From: Chloroflexota bacterium
Lineage (GTDB): Bacteria > Chloroflexota > UBA11872 > UBA12225
Length of the DNA stretch: 64,000 bases
Direction of reading: 5' to 3'
Assembly (NCBI GenBank): GCA_009693165.1
Contig: SHXX01000001.1
Coordinates: forward strand, 7,248-71,247
Positions 19,023-28,593 of this stretch are shown piece by piece. Each line of letters begins with the position of its first letter. Positions within the stretch are counted from its first letter, which is position 1. The translations under genes were made by a program, and so were the position numbers. Below the pieces are notes generated by a model that searched no databases, had not been told where the DNA came from, and saw only the letters and a program-made list of their open reading frames with translations.

Positions 19023-19685
19023 TCAGTCGATTGGTGGATCGGACGCCCACGCCTCGGCACCGATCGTCGTTTCCCGCCCATGCCCCGGCAGGACGCGCGT
19101 CGCTCCGGGCAATCCGGCCAGGCGGATGAGCGACGCTCGAAGCGCGTTCGCGTCACTGTCGGGAAGGTCGTACCGGCCGAACGTGCCCGCGAACAAGGTA
19201 TCTCCGCTGAACAGCGTTGCCGACGCAGCATGATGGAGGCAGATCGCCCCGCCAGAGTGGCCGGGGGTGTGCATCACGACGAATGGTGCGCCCGCGAGGT
19301 GAATGACATCCCCATCGGCCAAGGGAACGCCTACCGGCGCGGCCGGATTTACGTAACCCGGCATGAACCTTGTCCGCTGAGGCACGGCGAGGTAGTCCAC
19401 ATCCCTCATGTGCGCCGCGATGGATGCGCCAGTCGCCTCCGCAATCGGGCCCGCTTCACCTACATGGTCGAAGTGTCGGTGTGTCAGGACGATGGTCGTC
19501 AATGTTGCCCGGTTGCTTGCGAGACAGCGTTCGATCAAAGCCCGTGAATCAGGTGCCGGATCGACCACGGCCGCCTCGTGGGTCTCATTATTGATCAGGA
19601 CGTAGACATTCGTCCGAACCGGTCCGCAGATGAACTGGTGGACGGCGAACGGCGTTGCTGGCGCTTCTCGATCATCCGTGGGCAC
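19023..19685 (-). CDS. MBL-fold metallo-hydrolase (glyoxalase II-like)
   Basis: HxHxDH motif in VLTHRHFDHVGE, downstream HTPGHSGG, and C-terminal LPGHG. Confidence 0.85.
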   Translation of the reverse strand: MPTDDREAPATPFAVHQFICGPVRTNVYVLINNETHEAAVVDPAPDSRALIERCLASNRATLTTIVLTHRHFDHVGEAGPIAEATGASIAAHMRDVDYLAVPQRTRFMPGYVNPAAPVGVPLADGDVIHLAGAPFVVMHTPGHSGGAICLHHAASATLFSGDTLFAGTFGRYDLPDSDANALRASLIRLAGLPGATRVLPGHGRETTIGAEAWASDPPID

Positions 19686-19867
19686 CGGCAGATCTCTCCG
19701 ATCCTCATTTGCTCGTAGTATCGGTCACGTAGCTCGTGGTTGCGTCGAGTTGGGGAAACTGGCCCATACGCGGAACCTTGGCGGGTCGGGTAGCATCCTG
19801 CCGCGGTCGCATGCGTGCGGGGTACGGAAAAGCACGTTCTTGGGCCGGCTCGGAAGGATTGCCCGTC

Positions 19868-20362
19868 ATGACAACACAGACCGTTGAAACAGGACGTCAC
19901 GTCGTCGTCCACGCGACCCGGCTTACGGCAGAGGCATTCCAGCCGTATGGCAGGGTGATCTCGACCGCGCGGGCCGACCTGACCCGGAAGGACGGTGACT
20001 TCACTGCACGGCTTCATGTATCGCATCGCGTCCCGGCAGTGATCGAGAACATCAACCGCCACATGGACCATAGCCAGCTGTTCATCCCTCTCGGCGGGGC
20101 GCCGGTGGTGATTGTTGTCGCTCCCCCCGATCAGCCCATGGATGGGTTCGACCCAACAACAATCGTGGCCTTCGTTGCGGATGGCACGCAGGCGTTTACC
20201 TTCGATGCTGGCACCTGGCACATTGAGCCGCGGGCGCTTGTCTCCGACACTTGCAACCTCATCAACGTCCAGACCCGCGGGTATGAGCGTCATACCGAAC
20301 TGATCAGGTTTGCCGAGCATCACGTCAACGTTGCCTTGGCAATCGACGTCGCTGGTCTCTAG
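19868..20362 (+). CDS. Ureidoglycolate lyase family (AllA-like cupin) protein
   Basis: Colinear by eye with E. coli AllA: LTAEAFQPYGRVI (cf. LSQEAFSAYGDVI), NRHMDHSQLFIPLGGAPVVIVVA (cf. ERHPLGTQAFIPMKG..FVVVVA). Start set at ATG 19868. Confidence 0.65.
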   Translation: MTTQTVETGRHVVVHATRLTAEAFQPYGRVISTARADLTRKDGDFTARLHVSHRVPAVIENINRHMDHSQLFIPLGGAPVVIVVAPPDQPMDGFDPTTIVAFVADGTQAFTFDAGTWHIEPRALVSDTCNLINVQTRGYERHTELIRFAEHHVNVALAIDVAGL

Positions 20363-20433
20363 GCATACCTTACCGACGACGCCAGGTGCCTCGCTGCCTG
20401 CGACGCCGCAACCAACTCGCCTGAACACACACA

Positions 20434-20463
20434 ACCGGCACTTTCCTTTCGGAAGGTGCCGGT
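20434..20463. terminator. Strong hairpin downstream of the allA-like gene
   Basis: accggcactttcc-tttc-ggaaggtgccggt: 13-bp stem (one G-U pair), 4-nt loop. A T-run (acgtttt) follows about 10 nt downstream on the plus strand. Confidence 0.5.
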
Positions 20464-20518
20464 CCGTGTGACGTTTTAAGTTGTGCCTAGGGCGGACCGT
20501 CTGATCCGGTTCCTGCGA

Positions 20519-20722
20519 CTACACCCACCGCGCCTCAAGTGACTGACCCGTCAGGGCAATCACCAATCGGTTGACGGTCGGCGCATATTCCCCGCCAGCG
20601 ACGAGTTCCTTCAGCCGGGCTACGTGAGCAGCCCGAACCTCCGAACGATCCCCGCCGGTCGGCGCAGCCACCGGCCGACAGCTCGAGTTGAGCCGCCGCC
20701 CTGCACGGCGCTGCTGTGGCAT
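20519..20722 (-). CDS. Possible small FlgM-like (anti-sigma-28-like) protein; weak call
   Basis: The C-terminal EVRAAHVARLKELVAGGEYAPTVNRLVIAL matches the FlgM C-terminal pattern (V..lK..I..G.Y.v....iA..l). It is the only candidate in an otherwise unassigned ~600-nt region. The start (ATG 20722 or 20785) is uncertain. Confidence 0.3.
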   Translation of the reverse strand: MPQQRRAGRRLNSSCRPVAAPTGGDRSEVRAAHVARLKELVAGGEYAPTVNRLVIALTGQSLEARWV

Positions 20723-20980
20723 GCCTGAGCTCCCTCTCGGCGCGCTGCACACGATGAGGAAGGTCTCCCGCTGATCTCCCAGCACGCTTGTGGCGTGTGC
20801 TTGATCGTCGATCGAACCGCAGACCCATCAGCTTCCCTGCCGGTTGGGACCCTGCGACCTTCGCTCACTACAACTATCGGCAGGTTCGCCAAATCCTTGA
20901 GGGCGTGACCCCGAAACTCGTGGCGTTCGGGTGGTTACAGGGTTGGGCAGGTGTGCAACGCGGGGTTGGACGGCCACGGT

Positions 20981-22345
20981 TCACAGGGTTGGAGTGGCCG
21001 CGCGGACAGTGCGACCTGTAGACCATGCCGCCCAGACGCCAGCGATCGTCAGGATCAGCCCGGTCACCACGAAGGTTGCCCGCAAGCCCAATGCCGTTGC
21101 GGCCGCCGCTCCGGCCAATGGACCGGCGGCATTGCCTAGTGCGGTTGCCGTCGTTGTCAGTCCGAATACCCATCCTCGATGGGCCGCAGGCGTGCGCAGG
21201 GCAACGATTGCCATTGTCCCGGGCATCAGGCCTCCGGTGAACAGTCCCAGCAGCCCACGCCACGCTAGAAGCTCATAGGGACTGGTGACGAGCGCCTGAG
21301 GCATGTAGAGGATGCCTCCGATGATTGCGCAGACGGCCATCATGCGCCCATGCCCGTACCGGTCGCCAATCCTGCCACCGAACCCCGCGGCAAGCGCACT
21401 CGTCACTGCCGTAATCCCCAGCACAAGTCCTGCCATCGAGGCAATTTGGGTATGCGCGTCGGCCACCAATGTCTTGACAAAGAGAGGGAGGACCGGACCC
21501 ATGGCGTTCTGCGCGGCGGACACCAGGAAAAGGGTGACGATCACCGCACTGAGGCCGGGAGTGCGTTCGATCATCGCCATGGCGTCTCGCCATCCGTGTC
21601 GGGCGTTTGCATCGGCCGCGACGGGTGGCGTGAAGTTTTCCCGCACGAAGACCATGACGGTGACCCCTGAGATGGCGAGGAGGGCACCCGTTGCCAGGAA
21701 TGACACCTTGTAACCGGCCGCATCGGAGATGAAGCCACCGAGAAGAGCACCGAAACCGTTCCCGACGAAGACGGCCGTTTGCATGATCCCGAGGGTGAAC
21801 CCGAGTTGCGATGCCGGGACGACGCTCGTCAGCAGCGTGCGGGTCGCGGCGACGGTTCCTGAAAATCCACCCTGCAACGTCCGAAGCCCGAAGAGTTCCA
21901 AGGGGGTACGCGCAAGCGCCATGGCCCCGACGATCAACCCGCCGCCGAAGCATGCACGTGCAACCATTGGCTTGCGACCGCGCCGGTCGGCCATGACGCC
22001 CCAGAACGGTGCCACGGCCGCCATGACGAGCATTCCGGTGGTTGACATCGCGCCTGCCCAACGGATTGCGTTGCCTTCGTCCTCGACCCCGAGCGTCTGG
22101 ACATAGAGGGGGAGGAATGGCAGGGCCATCCCGAACGCAACCATCGACATGGTTTGCGCGATGATCAGTGCGATGAAGGTCCGGCGCCAACCGGGCATGC
22201 CTTCGCCGGTCAATCCGGCGTCGGGTCTCGTTTCGTGATGGGCCGTATCCAGCAGTTGCGTGGCACGGTCCTGGTTTGGCGCACCGGTCCCATTGGGGGC
22301 GTCATCCGTCGTTGCCGGCGGTGTGGCAGGTCCGCGCGTCACCAT
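20981..22345 (-). CDS. MFS transporter
   Basis: About 12 hydrophobic segments and MFS motif A GVMADRRGRKPM. The ORF is open to 22939, but the MFS core starts near MPGWRRTFIAL. Start set at ATG 22345 (alternative 22198). Confidence 0.85.
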   Translation of the reverse strand: MVTRGPATPPATTDDAPNGTGAPNQDRATQLLDTAHHETRPDAGLTGEGMPGWRRTFIALIIAQTMSMVAFGMALPFLPLYVQTLGVEDEGNAIRWAGAMSTTGMLVMAAVAPFWGVMADRRGRKPMVARACFGGGLIVGAMALARTPLELFGLRTLQGGFSGTVAATRTLLTSVVPASQLGFTLGIMQTAVFVGNGFGALLGGFISDAAGYKVSFLATGALLAISGVTVMVFVRENFTPPVAADANARHGWRDAMAMIERTPGLSAVIVTLFLVSAAQNAMGPVLPLFVKTLVADAHTQIASMAGLVLGITAVTSALAAGFGGRIGDRYGHGRMMAVCAIIGGILYMPQALVTSPYELLAWRGLLGLFTGGLMPGTMAIVALRTPAAHRGWVFGLTTTATALGNAAGPLAGAAAATALGLRATFVVTGLILTIAGVWAAWSTGRTVRAATPTL

Positions 22346-22571
22346 CCGCTCAGAATACCTGCACGCCCGCGCGACGCAAGGACGTGCGAGGTGCCCGTTG
22401 CTTGCCCCTTGGGGTCGGTACGCTTTGGCAACTGAGGTGTTCGTCCGTCCTTCCCATGCATGCCACGGCGCGCACCGGGTGGGGACATTGACGACTAAGG
22501 GACAATCTGTCTGGATTGTCCCGCCCGAATTTGAGCTCAGCCGACCTGGAACCTTGTCCCAAGGAGTGCGA

Positions 22572-24029
22572 ATGTCACCGTCGACGCAACGCCACACGCC
22601 CGCCCCAAGTGGAGGATCCGCAAATCCTTCGACCCTTCGCACCCAGTTCGCATATCTGCCCGATGTGATTGCGGAACTTGAGCGGTCGGTCCCATACGCC
22701 TCGGCACTGGCGACGTCGTCGAGTGGGGTCCGGCTTGCCCTCCGCGATTCCGAACAGGGTGTCTCAAGAAGGGATCCGTCCGCGGGGGTTGTCCTTACGG
22801 CGTCGGACGGCTGCGAGATCGAGGAAGTCGCAGTCGGCGCCACTGACGAAGCGAGTGTCCGGGATGCCTCCCGTCGTTTGCTCGAGGGGTTGCGTCGGAC
22901 GCGCGTTGGCGGGCGCGAACGCAACCGCAATGCAGTCAATCTTGAACCCGGGGATCCACTTTCCGCCGATTATGTCACGCCGGTAGGGATATCACCGGAC
23001 AGTCTTTCACTCGCGGAAAAGCTAGCGCGCTTCGAGGACTTGCGGCAACGTGCACGCCGGATTGACCGCCGGGTTGTCCAGGCGATGGCACGCTATGGGG
23101 ATGCGATTGAGACCAAGGTGTTCGTGAACCGCACCCGCTTCATTACGGAAGTTGTGCACCGTGCGACCTTGAACGTCACCGTGTTCGTGTCCGACGGGAA
23201 TGCGCGACGCTACAACTGGCTCAGCCGCGGTGGCACCGGCGGACTCGAAAGCCTCGACGTGGACGAGGCATCCCTGGCAAACGTGACGGAAATTGCGGTC
23301 GCCCTCCTTGGTGCCAAACCGATCGAGCCGGGGATCTACGATGCGGTGGTCGACCCGAGTGTGGCGGGCATTCTCGCTCACGAGGCATTCGGCCACGGTG
23401 TCGAGACAGACATGTTCCTCAAGGGTCGCGCGCGCGGTGCGCACTACATCGGCAAGCGCGTCGGGTCGGACCTGGTCACGATCATCGACGATCCCACAGT
23501 CCCTGGTGCAAATGGCACCTACTTCATCGATGATGAGGGCCAATCGTCTTCTCCCACATGCATCATTCGCGATGGAATCCTGATGGGTGGGCTCTCCGAT
23601 CTCTATTCGGCAACCCGGCTGGGGATTGCCCGGACAGCGAACGGTCGTCGCGAAAGCTTTGAACGCAAGTCGTACGCGCGCATGTCCAACACGTTCTTCA
23701 CGCCAGGCAGGCACTCGGTCGATGAGGTCCTCGGAAGCCTTGACCACGGGTTGTATATCTGTCAGGGGGCCAATGGCATGGAGGATCCGAAGGGTTGGGG
23801 CATCCAGGTTGGCGCCCACTTCGCACGAGAGTACCGGCATGGCAAGCCGACCGGTGTCCTGTTCGCACCAGTGAGCATCACGGGATACGTTCCCGATGTG
23901 CTTGGTGACGTGACGATGGTTGCCAATGACTTCCACCTTCATCCGGGCAGATGCGGGAAGGGGTGGAAGGAGTACATCACGGTGGGGGACGGCGGCCCGC
24001 ACGTTCGCACTCGTTTGCAGTTGGCGTAG
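22572..24029 (+). CDS. tldD: TldD family metalloprotease
   Basis: Metal motif GILAHEAFGHGVETD, and TldD/PmbA-family C-terminal region GIQVGAHFAREYRHGK. Start set at ATG 22572 (ORF open from 22260). Confidence 0.85.
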   Translation: MSPSTQRHTPAPSGGSANPSTLRTQFAYLPDVIAELERSVPYASALATSSSGVRLALRDSEQGVSRRDPSAGVVLTASDGCEIEEVAVGATDEASVRDASRRLLEGLRRTRVGGRERNRNAVNLEPGDPLSADYVTPVGISPDSLSLAEKLARFEDLRQRARRIDRRVVQAMARYGDAIETKVFVNRTRFITEVVHRATLNVTVFVSDGNARRYNWLSRGGTGGLESLDVDEASLANVTEIAVALLGAKPIEPGIYDAVVDPSVAGILAHEAFGHGVETDMFLKGRARGAHYIGKRVGSDLVTIIDDPTVPGANGTYFIDDEGQSSSPTCIIRDGILMGGLSDLYSATRLGIARTANGRRESFERKSYARMSNTFFTPGRHSVDEVLGSLDHGLYICQGANGMEDPKGWGIQVGAHFAREYRHGKPTGVLFAPVSITGYVPDVLGDVTMVANDFHLHPGRCGKGWKEYITVGDGGPHVRTRLQLA

Positions 24030-24056
24030 TCGATTTCAGCACGACGGAGAATCCGA

Positions 24057-25457
24057 ATGCTCACCAGAACGCTTGCTGCCGACATCATCGTGCAAGCCTT
24101 GTCGCGACGCCGGGAGATTGCCGGATGGACCCTCACGAGGCGTCGGCGGCACGGGACACAACTCTATGTGATCGGTCGCGACGTGGAGAACACGCGAGAG
24201 GTAACGACCGAGGATTTCACCGTCACAGTCTTCCATGACCACCCGTGGCCGGATGGTCGTCAACCCGGGAATGGCGGTCTTGCGCGAGGGGTCTCCTCAG
24301 TAAAGCTTGTGCCAGGCGATACCGCGCACCTGGATGCACGCCTGGATGAAGTCATCATGATGGCGTCACTGGTGCACAACCCACACTACGAACTCCCGTC
24401 ACCCGAAACGCTTCCCACCGTTGTCCTCGCAGATCCTCAGATCACGGCAGTGGATGGCACGCGCCGGGCCGTCTGGGAGATGGCAGAGGAGGTCTGGGAA
24501 GCGTGTGACCGTGAGGCATCTACCGGGGTCCGACTCTCGGCGGGCGAGTTTTTCGTCACCGTCTCCGACCGCGAGTTCCGGACAAGTCGGGGCATCCATG
24601 CCTCCTCCGAGACGACGCACCTTGCGGTCGAGATTGCCTTGCTTGCGCGGGGCGAAAGTGATGACCCTACGCTTGAGGCGGAGACATTCCGGCCAGTTGA
24701 GGCAAGGCGTGTTGCCGACCTTCGGCTTGCCTCGCAGGTTGCCGAGGCATCGAGGTTCGCGCGGGACACCTTGCGCGCGCGACCGACCGAGACGCGTGAT
24801 GGTCCGGTCGTGGTCAGCGGTTCCGCGTTGCCACCTTTCTTCGACCCATTCATGTTCCACGCTGGCGCGCAGGCCGCGTACATGAAGCTTTCGAGGTTCA
24901 CACCGGACCACACGGTTTTTGGCGACCCCGCAATGGTCGGTGATCCCTTGCAGCTGTCGTCGCACGCGTTGCGCCCTTTTGGCCTCAGCAGTCACGCATT
25001 TGATGGGGATGGCGTGCCCGGGCGTGACACCGACCTGATCGTTGGCGGGACCCTTGTTGCCAGGCACGCAACGTCGCGATACGCGCAGTACCTCGGGGTT
25101 CCGGTCACGGGTGATCCGGGTGCCGTGGTGGTGCGGGCGGGGACGACACCACTAGCGGAGCTGGTGCGGTCCGCGGGTGGTCCGGTGGTGGAGATCGTCG
25201 CGTTCTCCTCGCCAAACGTCGATGACATCACCGGGGACGTCGGCTGCGAGATCCGTCTGGGCTACGAATACCTTCCAAACGGCGAAGTACGCCCGATCAA
25301 GGGAGGGGCGCTTGCGGGAAACGTGTTCGATGCATTCGCGTCGGTGCAGTTTGCGCAGGAGATGCAGGAGGCGCTGATCTCCGGTTTCGGGGGCGGAGGC
25401 GTGTTCGTCGGCCCCCTTGGAGCGCGTTTCGAGGGGATGCGCGTCGCTGCCGGGTAA
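24057..25457 (+). CDS. pmbA: PmbA/TldE family protein (partner of TldD)
   Basis: Same fold family and length as TldD, lacks the HExxxH motif, and lies immediately downstream of tldD. C-terminal ...GGALAGNVFDAF... Confidence 0.75.
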   Translation: MLTRTLAADIIVQALSRRREIAGWTLTRRRRHGTQLYVIGRDVENTREVTTEDFTVTVFHDHPWPDGRQPGNGGLARGVSSVKLVPGDTAHLDARLDEVIMMASLVHNPHYELPSPETLPTVVLADPQITAVDGTRRAVWEMAEEVWEACDREASTGVRLSAGEFFVTVSDREFRTSRGIHASSETTHLAVEIALLARGESDDPTLEAETFRPVEARRVADLRLASQVAEASRFARDTLRARPTETRDGPVVVSGSALPPFFDPFMFHAGAQAAYMKLSRFTPDHTVFGDPAMVGDPLQLSSHALRPFGLSSHAFDGDGVPGRDTDLIVGGTLVARHATSRYAQYLGVPVTGDPGAVVVRAGTTPLAELVRSAGGPVVEIVAFSSPNVDDITGDVGCEIRLGYEYLPNGEVRPIKGGALAGNVFDAFASVQFAQEMQEALISGFGGGGVFVGPLGARFEGMRVAAG

Positions 25458-25471
25458 GCGACCGTGGGCGG

Positions 25472-26086
25472 TCAGGGTTCACCGAGTTCGTCCAGGGTCA
25501 TCGCGAAACTCGGCGCGCAGTGCTGGAGGAAGTACTCGACCTCCGGCATGGCGAGGTCAGCGACGGCACGTTCAAGCTGCCTGCGCGCGACGGTGAATTC
25601 CGGATTGCCGGCGGCGACCTCGGTGAGGCACTTGAGGTAGGCATCCAGCTTGTCGGCCGCCTTGACCCACCGGTACGCCTCGGCGTCAGTCGCGCCTGGA
25701 GTGATCAGGGCGCGGTAGGTGTCGCGCGTGGGTGATGGTGCCAGCCCGGTCAGTTGCTCGGCCGCGAGGTGTTCCAGTTCACGCAGGCTCGCGTGGACGC
25801 GAGGATTGTGGTGCTTCACTGGCGTCGGGATGTCCCCCGTGATCACCTCGGTTGCATCATGGAAGAGTGCCAAGGTGACTGCCCGGTCGATGGGAACATC
25901 GGTCCGCCCGAAGACGTCGTGGGCAATCGTAGCCAGCGCGTGGGTCAGGATTGCGACCTGGTAGGTGTGTTCGGCAACATTTTCGGGAACCGTGCTTCGC
26001 ATCAGCCCCCAGCGTCCGATCAGGCGCAGGCGGTACAGGTAGGCGAAGAGGTGCGCGCGTTCGGTGGGGGCGGCGTGTTCGGTCAC
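25472..26086 (-). CDS. HD-domain 5'-deoxynucleotidase (YfbR-like)
   Basis: Colinear with E. coli YfbR: LFAYLYRLRLIGRWGLMRSTVPENVAEHTYQVAILTHALA ... LFHDATEVITGDIPTPVK. GTG 26086 chosen as start (ORF open to 26221). Confidence 0.7.
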   Translation of the reverse strand: MTEHAAPTERAHLFAYLYRLRLIGRWGLMRSTVPENVAEHTYQVAILTHALATIAHDVFGRTDVPIDRAVTLALFHDATEVITGDIPTPVKHHNPRVHASLRELEHLAAEQLTGLAPSPTRDTYRALITPGATDAEAYRWVKAADKLDAYLKCLTEVAAGNPEFTVARRQLERAVADLAMPEVEYFLQHCAPSFAMTLDELGEP

Positions 26087-26141
26087 GGCGACGCTACTTT
26101 CAATCCATGGGCCATCTGGCCGTGATATTGGCTCGATGATG

Positions 26142-27197
26142 TCACTGTTCCAGAAGTGCGCGGCAGATCGCGCCCGGCAACGCCGGCCCGGCGTAGACCA
26201 TCCCCGTGTAGACCTGCACAAGAGTGGCGCCTGCGTCCAGTCGCTGGCGCGCGTCTTCCGCAGTCATGATGCCTCCTACCGAGACGATCGGCAGGCTTGA
26301 ACCGGCCTCGCGAACCAACCAGTCGAGTACCGCCCGGGAACGGTTGGACAGTGGCGCGCCGCTGAGGCCTCCGGTCTCTCCGCGATGATGGGACACCAGG
26401 CCCGCCCGGTCGGTGGTCGTATTGGTGGCGATCAGGCCGTCAACACCCGTGTCCCGGCACGCCTCGATGACGGCTGCGAGCGATGCTTCGTCGAGGTCTG
26501 GTGCAATCTTGACGAGGACCGGTATCCGCCGGCCACTTCCCTGCCGGGCACGTTCACGGCGGGCAATCACGGCGCCGGCAATCGTGGTCAAGGCATCCCG
26601 CGCCTGGAGCGTTCGCAGGCCCTGAGTGTTTGGCGAACTCACGTTGATCGCGACGTACCCGGCCAAGTCGTAGATGGCGTCGAATACCGCGACATAGTCT
26701 GCGGTCGACGCTTCAAGTGGTGTCGCGGCGTTCTTGCCGATGTTGATCCCGAGGATGGCGCCACCGGGTAGGCCATCGCGCCATTTCCAGAGGCGTGCCC
26801 GCACGCGTTCCACACCCACACCCGGGAACCCGAGCCGGTTGATGATCCCCGCGTCTTCGATGAGGCGGAACATGCGCGGACGGGGGTTTCCGGGTTGTGG
26901 CAGTGGGGTCACCGTCCCAATCTCGACAAACCCGCATCCGATCGCGGCAAACGCACCGGGCGCGTGGGCATCCTTGTCCAACCCGGCTGCCAGGCCAACC
27001 GGGTTCGGGAACCGCAGGCCGAATGCATTGACCGCAAGGCGTGGGTCGCGAACCGCGAATGCCCTTTCCAGAAGTTGGATCCCGAGCTGTCCAGGAATGC
27101 ACTCGCTCACATGAAGCGCTTGGAGTGCCCGACGGTGCGCAGTCTCCGGATCAACCTGACGAAGGAGGGGCCAGACGATGCGGTAGGGATCCGTCAT
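26142..27197 (-). CDS. pyrD: Dihydroorotate dehydrogenase (quinone), class 2
   Basis: FPNPVGLAAGLDKD, GFVEIGTVTPLPQPGNPRPRMFRL, INVSSPNTQGLR, and C-terminal GATLVQVYTG. The start ATG 27197 overlaps the rfbB stop. Confidence 0.9.
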   Translation of the reverse strand: MTDPYRIVWPLLRQVDPETAHRRALQALHVSECIPGQLGIQLLERAFAVRDPRLAVNAFGLRFPNPVGLAAGLDKDAHAPGAFAAIGCGFVEIGTVTPLPQPGNPRPRMFRLIEDAGIINRLGFPGVGVERVRARLWKWRDGLPGGAILGINIGKNAATPLEASTADYVAVFDAIYDLAGYVAINVSSPNTQGLRTLQARDALTTIAGAVIARRERARQGSGRRIPVLVKIAPDLDEASLAAVIEACRDTGVDGLIATNTTTDRAGLVSHHRGETGGLSGAPLSNRSRAVLDWLVREAGSSLPIVSVGGIMTAEDARQRLDAGATLVQVYTGMVYAGPALPGAICRALLEQ

Positions 27198-28273
27198 GCC
27201 TTGCCTGCGGGCGTTGCCGGAGTTCCAGACGGTGCGAGCTCCTTGCCGTACTGCTGCTTGTAGTACTCGCGGAATGCGCCCGACTTGATCGGTCGCCACC
27301 AAGGCTCGTTGCGCGAGTACCACCCCACAGTCGCGTCCATGGTCGCGGGCAAGTCGTAGGCGCGCCGCCATCCGAGGCCGCGCAGCTTCGTGCTGTCGAT
27401 CGCATAGCGAAGGTCATGCCCGGGCCGGTCGGTGACAAAGGTCATCAACTCCTCCGGCTTTCCAAGGCGTGACAGGATGTGATGGGCCAAGTCAACCGTG
27501 TTCAACGCATCCTCGCTGCCGACGTTGTACGCCTCCCCTGGTGTCCCGTGGTGCAGAACCAGATCGATGGCAGCGGCGTGGTCGTCAACGTAGAGGTAGT
27601 CACGGATGGCGGTGCCCCGACCGTAGATTGGCATGGGAAGATTGTCGATTGCATTGGTCACGAAGAGTGGTGTCGCCTTCTCCGGGTACTGGTACGGACC
27701 AATCGTGTTTGATCCGCGGGTGACCATCACCGGCAGTCCGAAGTTGGTGAAGTAGGAGAACGCGAGCAGCTCGGCACCGGCCTTGCTTGCCGAGTACGGA
27801 TTTCGAGGCTTCAAGGGCGCATCTTCGGCGGCTGCTCCGGTTGCGACATGCCCATAGACCTCATCGGTGCTGATGTGGACGAACCGTGCCACATCAGCGG
27901 CACGGGCGGCGCGAAGCAGGGTGTTCGTTCCCAGGACGTTTGTCCTGACAAAGACATCAGGATCGTTCAGAGACCGGTCCACATGGCTTTCGGCCGCGAA
28001 GTTGACGACCGCATCTGCCTGGGCGACGAGGGGTGCAATCGATTCGAAGTCGCAGATGTCTGCCTGGACGAACCGAAAGCGCGGGTTCTCCCAGATCGGG
28101 GCCAGATTGTTCAGATTGCCCGCATAGGTCAACTTGTCAACAACCGTGACGCGGGCATTTGGGTGCCAGACCACGAAGTTCCGGGCGAATGCACTGCCGA
28201 TGAACCCGGCGCCGCCGGTCACAAGCACGTGGGACAGGGTGCGGGACTTCTCCGGTTCTGTTGTTGCCGACAT
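27194..28273 (-). CDS. rfbB: dTDP-glucose 4,6-dehydratase
   Basis: Rossmann VTGGAGFIGS, extended-SDR catalytic YSASKAGAE, HISTDEVYG. Start set at ATG 28273. Confidence 0.9.
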   Translation of the reverse strand: MSATTEPEKSRTLSHVLVTGGAGFIGSAFARNFVVWHPNARVTVVDKLTYAGNLNNLAPIWENPRFRFVQADICDFESIAPLVAQADAVVNFAAESHVDRSLNDPDVFVRTNVLGTNTLLRAARAADVARFVHISTDEVYGHVATGAAAEDAPLKPRNPYSASKAGAELLAFSYFTNFGLPVMVTRGSNTIGPYQYPEKATPLFVTNAIDNLPMPIYGRGTAIRDYLYVDDHAAAIDLVLHHGTPGEAYNVGSEDALNTVDLAHHILSRLGKPEELMTFVTDRPGHDLRYAIDSTKLRGLGWRRAYDLPATMDATVGWYSRNEPWWRPIKSGAFREYYKQQYGKELAPSGTPATPAGKA

Positions 28274-28593
28274 GGCAGGCCTCGTGTGCGTGTTCTTCGC
28301 GGTGTGATTGCGCGGAGCGGCGTCGTGGTCCGCGGGCATCATTGCCCGCTAGGCGGAGTGTGCATGATGGTGCTGCGAAAGTCAGTGCCAACGCAATTTG
28401 ATGCGTTTCGATGACCGTCCATACGGTGGTGCCTGGGTCGCCCGAAGGCTGCGAAGTGCTCGTGGTCTCGGGTGGCCGCGTCTCAGATGGAACGAGTGAT
28501 TACACGGCGCGGGTTCGTCGCCCCTGCGCACGGAAGGCTTCCGCTGGCATCTCGTCAATCGATTGACCGGCAAGTCTGCATGATCGGCTACAG

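Noticed and set aside
19595-20434. 279-aa minus-strand ORF fully covering the allA-like gene. Many similar long antisense or out-of-frame ORFs occur elsewhere (e.g. 729-1271, 9126-9755, 15271-16008, 23022-24002, 46482-47354, 48722-49879, 59205-59831).
   Set aside because: High GC suppresses stop codons in non-coding frames. These ORFs are Arg/Pro/Gly/Ala-rich with no motifs, whereas the opposite or alternate frame carries clear family signatures. I treated them as shadow ORFs, not overprinted genes.
22572-25457. tldD-pmbA next to an MFS exporter as a hidden microcin/RiPP maturation locus.
   Set aside because: No small precursor-like ORF or modification enzymes are nearby. tldD-pmbA pairs are common housekeeping genes, and the MFS gene is divergently transcribed.
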